From the NCBI RefSeq assembly GCF_018101145.1, contig NZ_JAGQEI010000001.1: a stretch of DNA of 24,000 bases; one strand, 5' to 3'. Origin of the DNA: Heyndrickxia faecalis (lineage in GTDB: Bacteria; Bacillota; Bacilli; Bacillales; Bacillaceae_C). Under the pieces are notes generated by a model. It had not been told where the DNA came from and did not search any database. It saw nothing but the letters and a program-made list of their open reading frames with translations. Shown here piece by piece: positions 8,499 through 15,627 of this stretch (position 1 is its first letter; each line of letters begins with the position of its first letter). Both the position numbers and the translations under genes were made by a program.

Positions 8499-9563
8499 TT
8501 AAAAAAACATTCCACATAATCCTGCCACAATCCCGACCACAACACAGGAGGCTGCAACAAACAGAAGGGTTTGTTTTGAAAACGACCGGCCAACCATGAT
8601 CAAGGAAGGAAGGCTGATGGCCGGAAGCGTCACAAGCAGTGCGCTGGCCGGGCCTGTCCCGAGCCCGAAAGCCATCATCGTCTGGACAATCGGAATTTCA
8701 GCCGCTGTCGGAATGACAAACAGCATGCCGGCAAGAGCAAGCAGGATCACCGCCGTAATGCTGTTTCCGGCATGCTGGCCGAATGCCGGAAACAACCAGA
8801 AACGGGCCGCACTTAACACAACAACCGAAAGCAAATAAGCCGGAACAAGATACAGGATCATATTTCCGGCGGCCTTTCCCCATCTTAAGAAAAAGGACCC
8901 GTTGTTTTCTCCGGCATCTGGCTCGAACTGGCGGATGTTCACCGGTTGTTCGTTTTTCACAAGACGGCCCGCCAGCCAGCTGACCCCGAACGTCATGATA
9001 AGCCCTGCGACGATGCGGAGAAGGGTAAATTTCCATGATAATACAAAAGCCATGAAAATCAGCGTTGCCGGATTCAGCATCGGGTTACCAATCCAAAAGG
9101 CGAGTGCCGCAGGTGTGGACACTTGTTTTTTGCGCAGCCCGACTGCAATCGGTGCTGCGCAGCATGTGCACATCATGCCGGGAATGGCGCTCGCTCCGGC
9201 AATGACCGTACTTCCAAATGACGTTTTGCCGAGCACTTTAAGCAGCCATGCAGAAGGCAGGAGCACTTGCACGAGCGAACCGAGCAAAATGCCGAGCACG
9301 GCCGCTTTCCAAACAGCCTGAAAATACGCGATCACATATTGGAAGGTGCCATCCCATGAAAATGATGCCGATTTGCCCGGATCCCCGAGAATCGATGTCC
9401 CGATGGAATGCGTATGGGCGGCAAGCAAAGATTTCTCGTAGTACGGCCACCATTTTACATAAAAAAGGCCGAACGCGGCAATGACGAGAAACAAAACGGC
9501 AAGCCATGCCGCCTTTTTCTCGGATTGCTGTTCAGGTTTTGCCGTATGATTCACAACAGCCAA
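8499..9563 (-). CDS. Polytopic permease of the ArsP_1/DUF318 (YraQ-like) type
   Basis: The 354-aa product is highly hydrophobic with many predicted TM segments. It carries an intramembrane Cys cluster, PGMMCTCCAAPIAVGL, of the kind typical of this family. The start is TTG at 9561-9563, about 10 nt after GGAGA. There is no in-frame ATG near the N-terminus. Confidence 0.7.
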   Translation of the reverse strand: MAVVNHTAKPEQQSEKKAAWLAVLFLVIAAFGLFYVKWWPYYEKSLLAAHTHSIGTSILGDPGKSASFSWDGTFQYVIAYFQAVWKAAVLGILLGSLVQVLLPSAWLLKVLGKTSFGSTVIAGASAIPGMMCTCCAAPIAVGLRKKQVSTPAALAFWIGNPMLNPATLIFMAFVLSWKFTLLRIVAGLIMTFGVSWLAGRLVKNEQPVNIRQFEPDAGENNGSFFLRWGKAAGNMILYLVPAYLLSVVVLSAARFWLFPAFGQHAGNSITAVILLALAGMLFVIPTAAEIPIVQTMMAFGLGTGPASALLVTLPAISLPSLIMVGRSFSKQTLLFVAASCVVVGIVAGLCGMFF

Positions 9564-9705
9564 AGCAACAACATCTCCATTTCTATGACAGTAAAATTTA
9601 TACCAATTGTTAATGATAACATAATAAGGTGAAAAAATAAATGGCGGGTGATGCCAATGGCTGTCTCTTTTTTGGCATGGGGCTGCTGCGCTTTTTTATG
9701 CTCTT

Positions 9706-9723
9706 TCGTGAAAAATTTCACAA
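9706..9723. promoter_or_regulatory. Rex-type operator candidate upstream of the permease gene
   Basis: The minus strand reads TTGTGAA-ATTT-TTCACGA, which is 13 of 14 half-site positions of TTGTGAA-N4-TTCACAA. It overlaps a possible TTGTGA-17 nt-CATAAA promoter about 140 nt upstream of the permease start. Confidence 0.45.
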
Positions 9724-9734
9724 AAACTTCTGCC

Positions 9735-9762
9735 GAAAAAAACCCCCGGTTAAAACCGGGGG
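9735..9762 (-). terminator. Rho-independent terminator of the metallophosphoesterase gene
   Basis: CCCCCGG (9743-9749) pairs with CCGGGGG (9756-9762). On the minus strand it is followed by T7 (the plus-strand A-run at 9736-9742). It lies a few nt after the stop at 9768-9770. Confidence 0.78.
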
Positions 9763-9767
9763 TGGGT

Positions 9768-10487
9768 TCAATCATTTTTTGCCCGGGTTAAAATGTCGAT
9801 CAGCTTGTCTTTATTCGGATAATCGGAAGCTTCAAATAACCCGATCGTCTTTTGCACATCGTAGGAAACACGGACATTGGAAACCTGGTAATCGTGATCG
9901 CCAATTTCCACCATCGCATAAGAGGCTTTGGCGATCCCGTCAAACGGCAGACCGACACTGCCGAGATTGACAAACGTTTTGCCATCAAACGTGCGGATAA
10001 ACGGCAGGTGGATGTGCGCATATAAATAAATATCCGCGTCTTCCTGCATTAACTTCTCTTTCAACTTGCTGTTTTCACTATCCGGCGGCACATTTTCAAA
10101 CAAACTGTACGGGGTGGCGTGAAATCCGTGAATTTTAATGCCACCGTATTCGTATTTTACCTCTTCGGGAAGCTGGTGCAGCGACTCCACTGCATTTTGT
10201 TCCATCCGGGAAACCGTCCAGTCCCGCTCCCGGTTCATCATTTCATAAGCCTTTTCCGGCACTTCATTCATGCCGACGCCCCTGTACACCCATTCATCGG
10301 CATTCCCTTTAATCACTTCCGTATTTAAAGCCATCACCATCTCATATGCCCGTTGCGGTTCCGGGCCGCGAAAGCAAAGATCGCCGAGGACAAAAATTTT
10401 ATCGGCCCGCTTTTGTTCAATATCTTCCAGCACGGCTTCGAGCGCATGCGCATTGCCGTGAATATCGGATATAAATGCCAGTTTCAA
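9768..10487 (-). CDS. Metallophosphoesterase family protein (YfcE/MJ0936-like)
   Basis: ISDIHGN, VLGDLCFRGP and KGNADEW are calcineurin-like phosphoesterase motifs. I prefer the TTG start at 10485-10487 (giving MKLAFISDIHGN) because GAGGTGAT lies 5 nt upstream. The ORF track starts 9 nt earlier at GTG 10496. An extended -10 element, TGgTATAAT, lies at 10517-10525 on the minus strand. Confidence 0.8.
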   Translation of the reverse strand: MKLAFISDIHGNAHALEAVLEDIEQKRADKIFVLGDLCFRGPEPQRAYEMVMALNTEVIKGNADEWVYRGVGMNEVPEKAYEMMNRERDWTVSRMEQNAVESLHQLPEEVKYEYGGIKIHGFHATPYSLFENVPPDSENSKLKEKLMQEDADIYLYAHIHLPFIRTFDGKTFVNLGSVGLPFDGIAKASYAMVEIGDHDYQVSNVRVSYDVQKTIGLFEASDYPNKDKLIDILTRAKND

Positions 10488-10689
10488 CGCGATCACCTCA
10501 AAAATTTGTTTCCTTTATTATACCATAATGGGTTGCGGGTTTATCCCGACCTGCCTGGTTTCACCACTGGGATCCGTTTTCAGCGTCCTCATTAGGCGGA
10601 CGGAGCGGAAGAAAATGCATTTTGCTGCGAAGTGGTCTATAATGGTACAAGGATCAGACATGCTTTAAGAAAGGTCAGGTTGATGCAAT

Positions 10690-11739
10690 ATGGCACAATC
10701 AGAAAAAATAAAATTGACTTCACTGACAACAAAAGGCGGATGCGGATGCAAAATCGGTCCGGCGGATTTGCAGCAGGTGATGCGGACGCTGCCACCGAAG
10801 GCAGCGGATCCGAATTTGCTTGTCGGGCTCGATACGAACGATGATGCCGGCGTTTACAAGCTGACGGATGATTTGGCAATCGTGCAGACAGTCGACTTTT
10901 TTACACCGATTGTCAATGACCCTTATGCATTCGGCCAGGTGGCGGCGGCAAACGCAATTAGTGATATTTATGCCATGGGCGGTACGCCGCTAACTGCGCT
11001 GAATATTGTTGCTTTTCCGATCCATACCCTCGACAAAGCCATTCTTGCCGATATTTTAAAAGGCGCCGGTGATAAGTGCAAAGAAGCCGGGGTCACTTTA
11101 GCCGGTGGGCATTCGATTGATGACCAGGAACCTAAATTCGGGATGGCGGTGACTGGCACGATCCACCCGGCAAATATCCGCACGAATGCAGGGGCCAAAC
11201 CGGGGGACAAGCTGATATTGACGAAACCGATCGGGGTCGGGATTTTGACCACTTCCATTAAACGGGATTTATTAACGGAAGAAGAGATCACACGCGTGAC
11301 CAATGTCATGGCCACCTTAAATAAAAAAGCAGCTGAAATTTCCCGGGATTACACCATCCATGCTTCGACCGATGTGACCGGGTTCGGGCTTTTGGGCCAT
11401 GCATCCGAAATGGCGCAGGGGAGCAAAAATGGGCTCCGTATTTACCAAGACAAAGTGCCGGTGCTGCCGCGCGTGCGTGAACTGGCGGAAGCAGGTGCTG
11501 TTCCGGGCGGCACAAAGAATAATTTTGCCCATATTGAAAATGTCGTCGACTTCCCAGAAGGCATGGACCAAATAGATAAATGGATTTTAAGTGATGCGGT
11601 CACATCAGGCGGCCTATTGCTGTCCGTTGCCGGCGATGAAGCGGAACAGCTGCTCGAAGAACTTGTAAAATCAGGGGTGGAAGCCAGCCTGATCGGTGAA
11701 GTCGTCGCGAGTCATCCCGGCCGTATCAAAGTGCAATAG
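10690..11739 (+). CDS. selD: Selenide, water dikinase (selenophosphate synthetase), Cys-type
   Basis: The N-terminal LTTKGGCGCKIGP glycine-rich Cys/Lys loop is present, along with DDAGVY, DFFTPIVDDP-like (VDFFTPIVNDPY) and AISDIYAMGG. There is no in-frame TGA at the active-site position. Confidence 0.92.
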   Translation: MAQSEKIKLTSLTTKGGCGCKIGPADLQQVMRTLPPKAADPNLLVGLDTNDDAGVYKLTDDLAIVQTVDFFTPIVNDPYAFGQVAAANAISDIYAMGGTPLTALNIVAFPIHTLDKAILADILKGAGDKCKEAGVTLAGGHSIDDQEPKFGMAVTGTIHPANIRTNAGAKPGDKLILTKPIGVGILTTSIKRDLLTEEEITRVTNVMATLNKKAAEISRDYTIHASTDVTGFGLLGHASEMAQGSKNGLRIYQDKVPVLPRVRELAEAGAVPGGTKNNFAHIENVVDFPEGMDQIDKWILSDAVTSGGLLLSVAGDEAEQLLEELVKSGVEASLIGEVVASHPGRIKVQ

Positions 11740-11772
11740 TCCCATCAGGAACCATAGAAAGGCGGGAAATAT

Positions 11773-12819
11773 TTGTTTCAAGACATTACCATTGAAGAAG
11801 CAAGAAAACGGATGGAGAAAAAGCAGCTCACATGGGTGGATGTCCGTTCCCCTTCCGAATACCGGAACGCAACGATTCCGGGGAGCGTGAATATTCCTTT
11901 ATTTAATGATGAAGAACGGGCGGAAGTGGGGACGATTTATGCCCAATCCGGCAACCGCGCTGCGAAAGAACGCGGACTTGAAATTTTTTCGAAAAAGTTG
12001 CCCGGTTTTATCGAGGCTTTCCGTGAAATAGAAGGGGAAAAAGCGGTATTTTGCTGGCGCGGCGGTATGCGGAGCAAAACGGCGGCAACCGTTTTGGATC
12101 TGATGGACATCCATGCCTACCGGCTCCAGGGAGGCTACCGCGCCTACCGGAAATGGGTGACAGGTCTGCTTGAAAATATGGACTTTCATCCGGTTACGTA
12201 TGTGCTGGGCGGCTATACAGGCACCGGTAAAACGTATATGCTCCGGGCGCTTGCTTCGGAAGGCTATCCGGTCCTTGACCTGGAAGGCATGGCCAATCAT
12301 CGCGGCAGCATTTTCGGGGATATCGGCCTAAGCTCCCATAACCAGAAAACGTTCGATGCTTTGTTGGCAGAGCGCATTTTACAATTGAAAAATGCGCCGT
12401 ATATTCTGATGGAAGCGGAAAGCAAAAGAATCGGAAAAGTAGTGGTGCCGGAATTTTTGATGGAAAACAAAGCGCGCGGCACGAAAATTATGATTGAATT
12501 GCCGGTGGAGGAACGGGTCCGCAATATTTTGGATGATTACCGGCCGTGGGAGAACAAAGAAGCGTGCATCCGTGCCTTTCAAAGCATCAAAGAACGGATT
12601 CACACGCCGGTTGCAAAAGAAATCGAGAAAGATTTACAGACTGAACGATATCATGAGGCCGTAAAATGGCTGCTCGAATATTATTATGATCCAAGATATG
12701 ACCATTCGCTCGGAATAGAGGAGACAGAAAGGGTGAAAACGATCCGGGCCGGACATACCGACGAAGCGCTCGGCCAATTAAAAGAAATGTTAAAAACAGC
12801 CGGCCTTCCGTTGCACTAA
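11773..12819 (+). CDS. selU: tRNA 2-selenouridine synthase (rhodanese plus P-loop)
   Basis: The rhodanese module has the active-site motif FCWRGGMRS, and the Walker A motif is GGYTGTGKT. The gene lies 33 nt downstream of selD. The start is TTG at 11773. Confidence 0.87.
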   Translation: MFQDITIEEARKRMEKKQLTWVDVRSPSEYRNATIPGSVNIPLFNDEERAEVGTIYAQSGNRAAKERGLEIFSKKLPGFIEAFREIEGEKAVFCWRGGMRSKTAATVLDLMDIHAYRLQGGYRAYRKWVTGLLENMDFHPVTYVLGGYTGTGKTYMLRALASEGYPVLDLEGMANHRGSIFGDIGLSSHNQKTFDALLAERILQLKNAPYILMEAESKRIGKVVVPEFLMENKARGTKIMIELPVEERVRNILDDYRPWENKEACIRAFQSIKERIHTPVAKEIEKDLQTERYHEAVKWLLEYYYDPRYDHSLGIEETERVKTIRAGHTDEALGQLKEMLKTAGLPLH

Positions 12820-12839
12820 AGCAATGGCAGGCCGGCTGT
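12796..12839. terminator. Long hairpin shared by convergent selU and the low-complexity ORF
   Basis: ACAGCCGGCCT (12796-12806) pairs with AGGCCGGCTGT (12829-12839). The 22-nt loop contains the selU stop codon. On the minus strand the hairpin is followed by TTTTT, so it is best placed as terminator of the minus-strand ORF. Confidence 0.5.
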
Positions 12840-12903
12840 TTACATGTATCACTGCGGATTTATTTGGTACGCCTTATGGATTTGGCTCGCGGGTATGCCC
12901 CGG

Positions 12904-13317
12904 TCAGCAATGACAATCCCTGCCTGTCATGCCCGGGTAATAACCGTGCATCATTCCCGGGGCCATGCCCATCCCAGCGCCCGCATATCCTGGATAACCC
13001 GGCATTTGTCCATGGCCGTAACCGGCGCCTGTGTACCCCGGGCCCATCGGCAATCCCATATGCTGACCGTACCCCGGCATGCCGTACATGCCCGGATACA
13101 TCGAAGTTGCGGGATGCTGTCCCGGGTACATTTGCCCTGCCATCGGATATTGCCCTGCCAAACCGTCTGATGCTCCCATCTGGCCCATTTGCCCCATCGG
13201 ACCGTAATGCTGCATCATATCCATATCATCATCATAATAAGGCTGGCTTCCCCCGGCATAGCTGCCGAAATGCCCTAACCCCTGAGATTGCGGATAATTT
13301 CCATATGTTTGTTCCAT
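12904..13317 (-). CDS. Low-complexity Gly/Met/Tyr/Pro-rich protein (137 aa) ending in ...GRDCHC; function unknown
   Basis: ATG at 13315-13317 is preceded by AAAGGAGTG at 7-nt spacing. A CATACTCTA (sigma-K/E-like -10) element lies at 13348-13356 on the minus strand. No family was recognised. All three overlapping long ORFs here are products of compositional bias, and only this one has an RBS. Confidence 0.5.
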   Translation of the reverse strand: MEQTYGNYPQSQGLGHFGSYAGGSQPYYDDDMDMMQHYGPMGQMGQMGASDGLAGQYPMAGQMYPGQHPATSMYPGMYGMPGYGQHMGLPMGPGYTGAGYGHGQMPGYPGYAGAGMGMAPGMMHGYYPGMTGRDCHC

Positions 13318-13419
13318 CTCAACCCACTCCTTTTCGGTGTTCAACATTAGAGTATGTGGATCAGGGCGCATGGTTATAGACATTTGCCCCAAAAAGTGAA
13401 AAAAATGCGGGCAGAAGCC

Positions 13420-13760
13420 TTATATAAAGATTTTACCGGGGTTTAAAATATGGTTTGGGTCAAACAGGTCCTTGATTTTCTTCATTGTGCCATAAGCGGG
13501 TCCGTGTTCTTCACGCTGATATTTTGCCTTTCCAATCCCGACGCCGTGTTCGCCTGTGCAAGTACCGCCCTTTGAAAGCACAAATGACACAATATGTTCA
13601 TTTAACGCCCGGGCCTGCCGGATTTCATCTTTCCCATATCGATCATTAAAATGACATGATAATTGCCGTCGCCGACATGGCCGACAATCGCTCCGTCCAT
13701 GCCCATTCTGTCAAGCGTTTTGCGCGTATCTTCAATGGCTTCGGGGAGGAAATGAATATT
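13420..13760 (-). pseudogene. Relic of the C-terminal third of a GlcD/D-lactate dehydrogenase-type FAD-linked oxidase (5'-truncated, frameshifted)
   Basis: The minus-strand translation gives ...FLPEAIEDTRKTLDRMGMDGAIVGHVGDGNYHVILMIDMG, then a 1-nt frameshift near 13630. It continues DEIRQARALNEHIVSFVLSKGGTCTGEHGVGIGKAKY...MKKIKDLFDPNHILNPGKIFI*. The GH.GDGN.H, GEHG.G..K and DP..ILNPGK motifs are the family C-terminus. The similarity stops at a TAA near 13770. Confidence 0.72.
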
Positions 13761-13874
13761 TCTACTTTTTTATAATATACGAAAAATAAAGTGTTGGCAA
13801 AACCATTGGTCAAAAAGGGGGCAAAACTTTCGGCAGCGGAAAAAAGGCAGGTGCTTGGAAGAAATGCACAAATA

Positions 13875-13903
13875 TTTACAAAAGTAAGCGTTTACTTTAA
13901 ACT
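13875..13903 (+). promoter_or_regulatory. Promoter candidate with embedded cre-like palindrome for the SDR/dehydratase operon
   Basis: TTTACA (13875-13880), a 17-nt spacer, then TAAACT (13898-13903). The spacer contains AGTAAGCGTTTACT (13883-13896), which is 12 of 14 positions of the CcpA cre consensus TGWAANCGNTNWCA. A further inverted repeat, TATAC-TGT-GTATA, lies at 13905-13917. Confidence 0.4.
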
Positions 13904-13965
13904 GTATACTGTGTATATTTTTAAAATAGTCGGAAAAATATGGAAAAATAAGAGGAGGAGCGGTT

Positions 13966-14685
13966 TTGAAAAGGTTTGAAAACAGGGTTGCGATTGTTAC
14001 GGGTGCAAGCAGAGGGATCGGCAAAGCGGTTGCAGCCGCCTTTGCCAAAGAAGGGGCAAAAGTCTGTCTCGTTGACATTCATGAAAAGGCATTAGAAGAA
14101 ACTGTAAAGGCTTTCAAAGAAACCGGTTACGATGTATTCGGGCAGCCGGCGGATGTGGCAAACCGCACGCAGGTGGAAGCGGCGGTTTCAGCTGTGCTTG
14201 GCAGGTATGGAAAGATTGATATTCTTGTCAACAATGCTGGCGTGATCCGCGATAATCTGCTGTTTAAAATGACGGACGAAGACTGGGATACCGTCATGAA
14301 TGTCCATTTGAAAGGAGCGTTCCTCTTTTCAAGGGCCGTCCAGCAAAGCATGGTCGAAAACAAATACGGAAGAATCATTAATACCTCTTCCACATCCGCG
14401 CTCGGCAACCGCGGCCAGGCAAACTATGCGGCGGCAAAAGCGGGCCTTCAGGGCTTTACAAAAACGCTGGCCATTGAACTCGGAAAGTTTGGCATTACCG
14501 CCAATGCGGTTGCGCCCGGCTTTATTGAAACCGACATGACAAAAGCGACGGCTGAGCGGCTCGGCGTTAAATTCGACGACTTTATAGCATTTAACCAATC
14601 GATGATTCCTGCCGGCCGGACAGGAAAGCCGGAAGATATTGCAAACGCGGTCCTTTTTTTGCGATGGAAGAATCATCATTCGTAA
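13966..14685 (+). CDS. fabG: 3-oxoacyl-ACP/CoA reductase-like SDR (FabG family), C-terminus displaced by a frameshift
   Basis: TGASRGIGKA, NNAG and S...YAAAK are the classical SDR motifs. The ORF ends prematurely (...LFLRWKNHHS*). The expected C-terminus, AMEESSFVNGQVLYVAGGPKA*, is encoded in another frame up to 14726, after the T7 run at 14654-14660. Confidence 0.8.
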   Translation: MKRFENRVAIVTGASRGIGKAVAAAFAKEGAKVCLVDIHEKALEETVKAFKETGYDVFGQPADVANRTQVEAAVSAVLGRYGKIDILVNNAGVIRDNLLFKMTDEDWDTVMNVHLKGAFLFSRAVQQSMVENKYGRIINTSSTSALGNRGQANYAAAKAGLQGFTKTLAIELGKFGITANAVAPGFIETDMTKATAERLGVKFDDFIAFNQSMIPAGRTGKPEDIANAVLFLRWKNHHS

Positions 14686-14741
14686 ACGGCCAGGTGCTCT
14701 ATGTTGCCGGCGGGCCGAAAGCATAAAGGAGGGGCGGGCGG

Positions 14742-15191
14742 ATGTTTGAAGAACTGATTGGAAAACGGTCAAACCCGGTCCGGAATACGATCGAAAGGGG
14801 TGCTGTCAGAAAGTTCGCCGAAGCCATCGGTGATCCGCACCCTGTTTTTACAGATCCTGCTTTTGCGGCTGAAAAAGGGCTTAAAGCCAATATCGCCCCG
14901 CCGACATTCCCGGTCACGTTTGACTACGGAAAAATAGAAGGCCTGGACCTTCCGAAAGCTGGGCTCATACACGGGGAACAAAATTTCGAATATCAACGGC
15001 CGCTCTATGTCGGAGAAGCATTGCACTGCTATAGGGAAATTGAAAAATACCAGGAAAGAAAAGGAAAGCTCGGACAGATGGGTTTCTTGTTTATAAAAAG
15101 CACGGCGGAAGATAAGAATGGTGAAATCGTCATGACCGCAACCCAAACGATTATTCTTTCTGAAACGGTCCGGAAGGGGATGAAAGGATGA
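14742..15191 (+). CDS. MaoC-like hotdog protein, non-catalytic N-type subunit (HadA-like)
   Basis: The 149-aa product has a degenerate hydratase motif (AIGDPHPVF, lacking the D..N.H catalytic pattern) and resembles MaoC_dehydrat_N/UPF0336. The RBS AAAGGAGGGG precedes it, and its stop overlaps the next start (ATGA). Confidence 0.78.
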   Translation: MFEELIGKRSNPVRNTIERGAVRKFAEAIGDPHPVFTDPAFAAEKGLKANIAPPTFPVTFDYGKIEGLDLPKAGLIHGEQNFEYQRPLYVGEALHCYREIEKYQERKGKLGQMGFLFIKSTAEDKNGEIVMTATQTIILSETVRKGMKG

Positions 15192-15592
15192 ACCTTCGCG
15201 CGAAAAAACCCGGGGACAGCCTGGAAAGCATGGAACTCCCGCCGGTTTCAAGGTTGGACTTAATCAAGTACGCTGGTGCTTCCGGCGACTTTAATCCGAT
15301 TCATACGATCGATGAAGCAGCAGAAAAAGCCGGTCTGCCCGGCATTATTGCCCATGGGATGTGGACAATGGGAAATCTTGGAAAGCTGTTCACACCGTAT
15401 GTTGGCGAAGGGTTCATCGAAAAATTCAGCGTGCGTTTTGCGGGCATGGTTTTTCCAGGCGACCGCTTGACACTGTCGGCAACGCTGAAAGAAGCGCAAG
15501 GCGCCCGGCAAACGTATGAAGCAGTGGTGGCCAATCAAGACGGGGGAAAAGTGATCAAAGGCGAAATCGTGTTCAAAATGTACGGAGAGTAA
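15188..15592 (+). CDS. MaoC-like (R)-specific enoyl-CoA/ACP hydratase, catalytic subunit (HadB-like)
   Basis: YAGASGDFNPIHTIDEAAEKA fits the hydratase-2 motif [YF]-x(1,2)-[LVIG]-[STGC]-G-D-x-N-P-[LIV]-H-x5-[AS]. The product is 134 aa. Confidence 0.85.
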   Translation: MNLRAKKPGDSLESMELPPVSRLDLIKYAGASGDFNPIHTIDEAAEKAGLPGIIAHGMWTMGNLGKLFTPYVGEGFIEKFSVRFAGMVFPGDRLTLSATLKEAQGARQTYEAVVANQDGGKVIKGEIVFKMYGE

Positions 15593-15622
15593 AAAAATCC
15601 CGCCAGGTGCGGCGGGATTTTT
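15593..15622. terminator. Bidirectional terminator between the dehydratase operon and gndA
   Basis: ATCCCGCC (15597-15604) pairs with GGCGGGAT (15611-15618), flanked by an A-run on the left and T5 on the right. Confidence 0.85.
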
Positions 15623-15627
15623 CTGAA

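Noticed and set aside
9641-9970. A 109-aa plus-strand ORF with a possible AAGGTGA RBS.
   Set aside because: It reads through a terminator hairpin and then runs antisense through the metallophosphoesterase gene. Its composition is not protein-like.
10690-11739. Checked whether selD encodes selenocysteine (an in-frame TGA in the GxCxxK loop) or is followed by a SECIS-like hairpin.
   Set aside because: The loop reads GGCGCK with TGC codons, and the ORF is uninterrupted. This is the Cys-type enzyme.
12844-13379. Two long plus-strand ORFs (108 and 171 aa) overlapping the low-complexity minus-strand ORF.
   Set aside because: They have no RBS and begin inside or next to the selU terminator. They encode Pro/Arg/Cys/His-rich nonsense typical of antisense frames over a compositionally biased region.
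14329-15251. Minus-strand ORFs of 147 and 160 aa opposite the SDR and hotdog genes. Similar antisense ORFs occur at 18490..19110, 20195..20683 and 1242..1697.
   Set aside because: They are shadow ORFs antisense to genes with clear family motifs. They have no RBS, and their products are rich in Arg, Cys, Phe and Pro.
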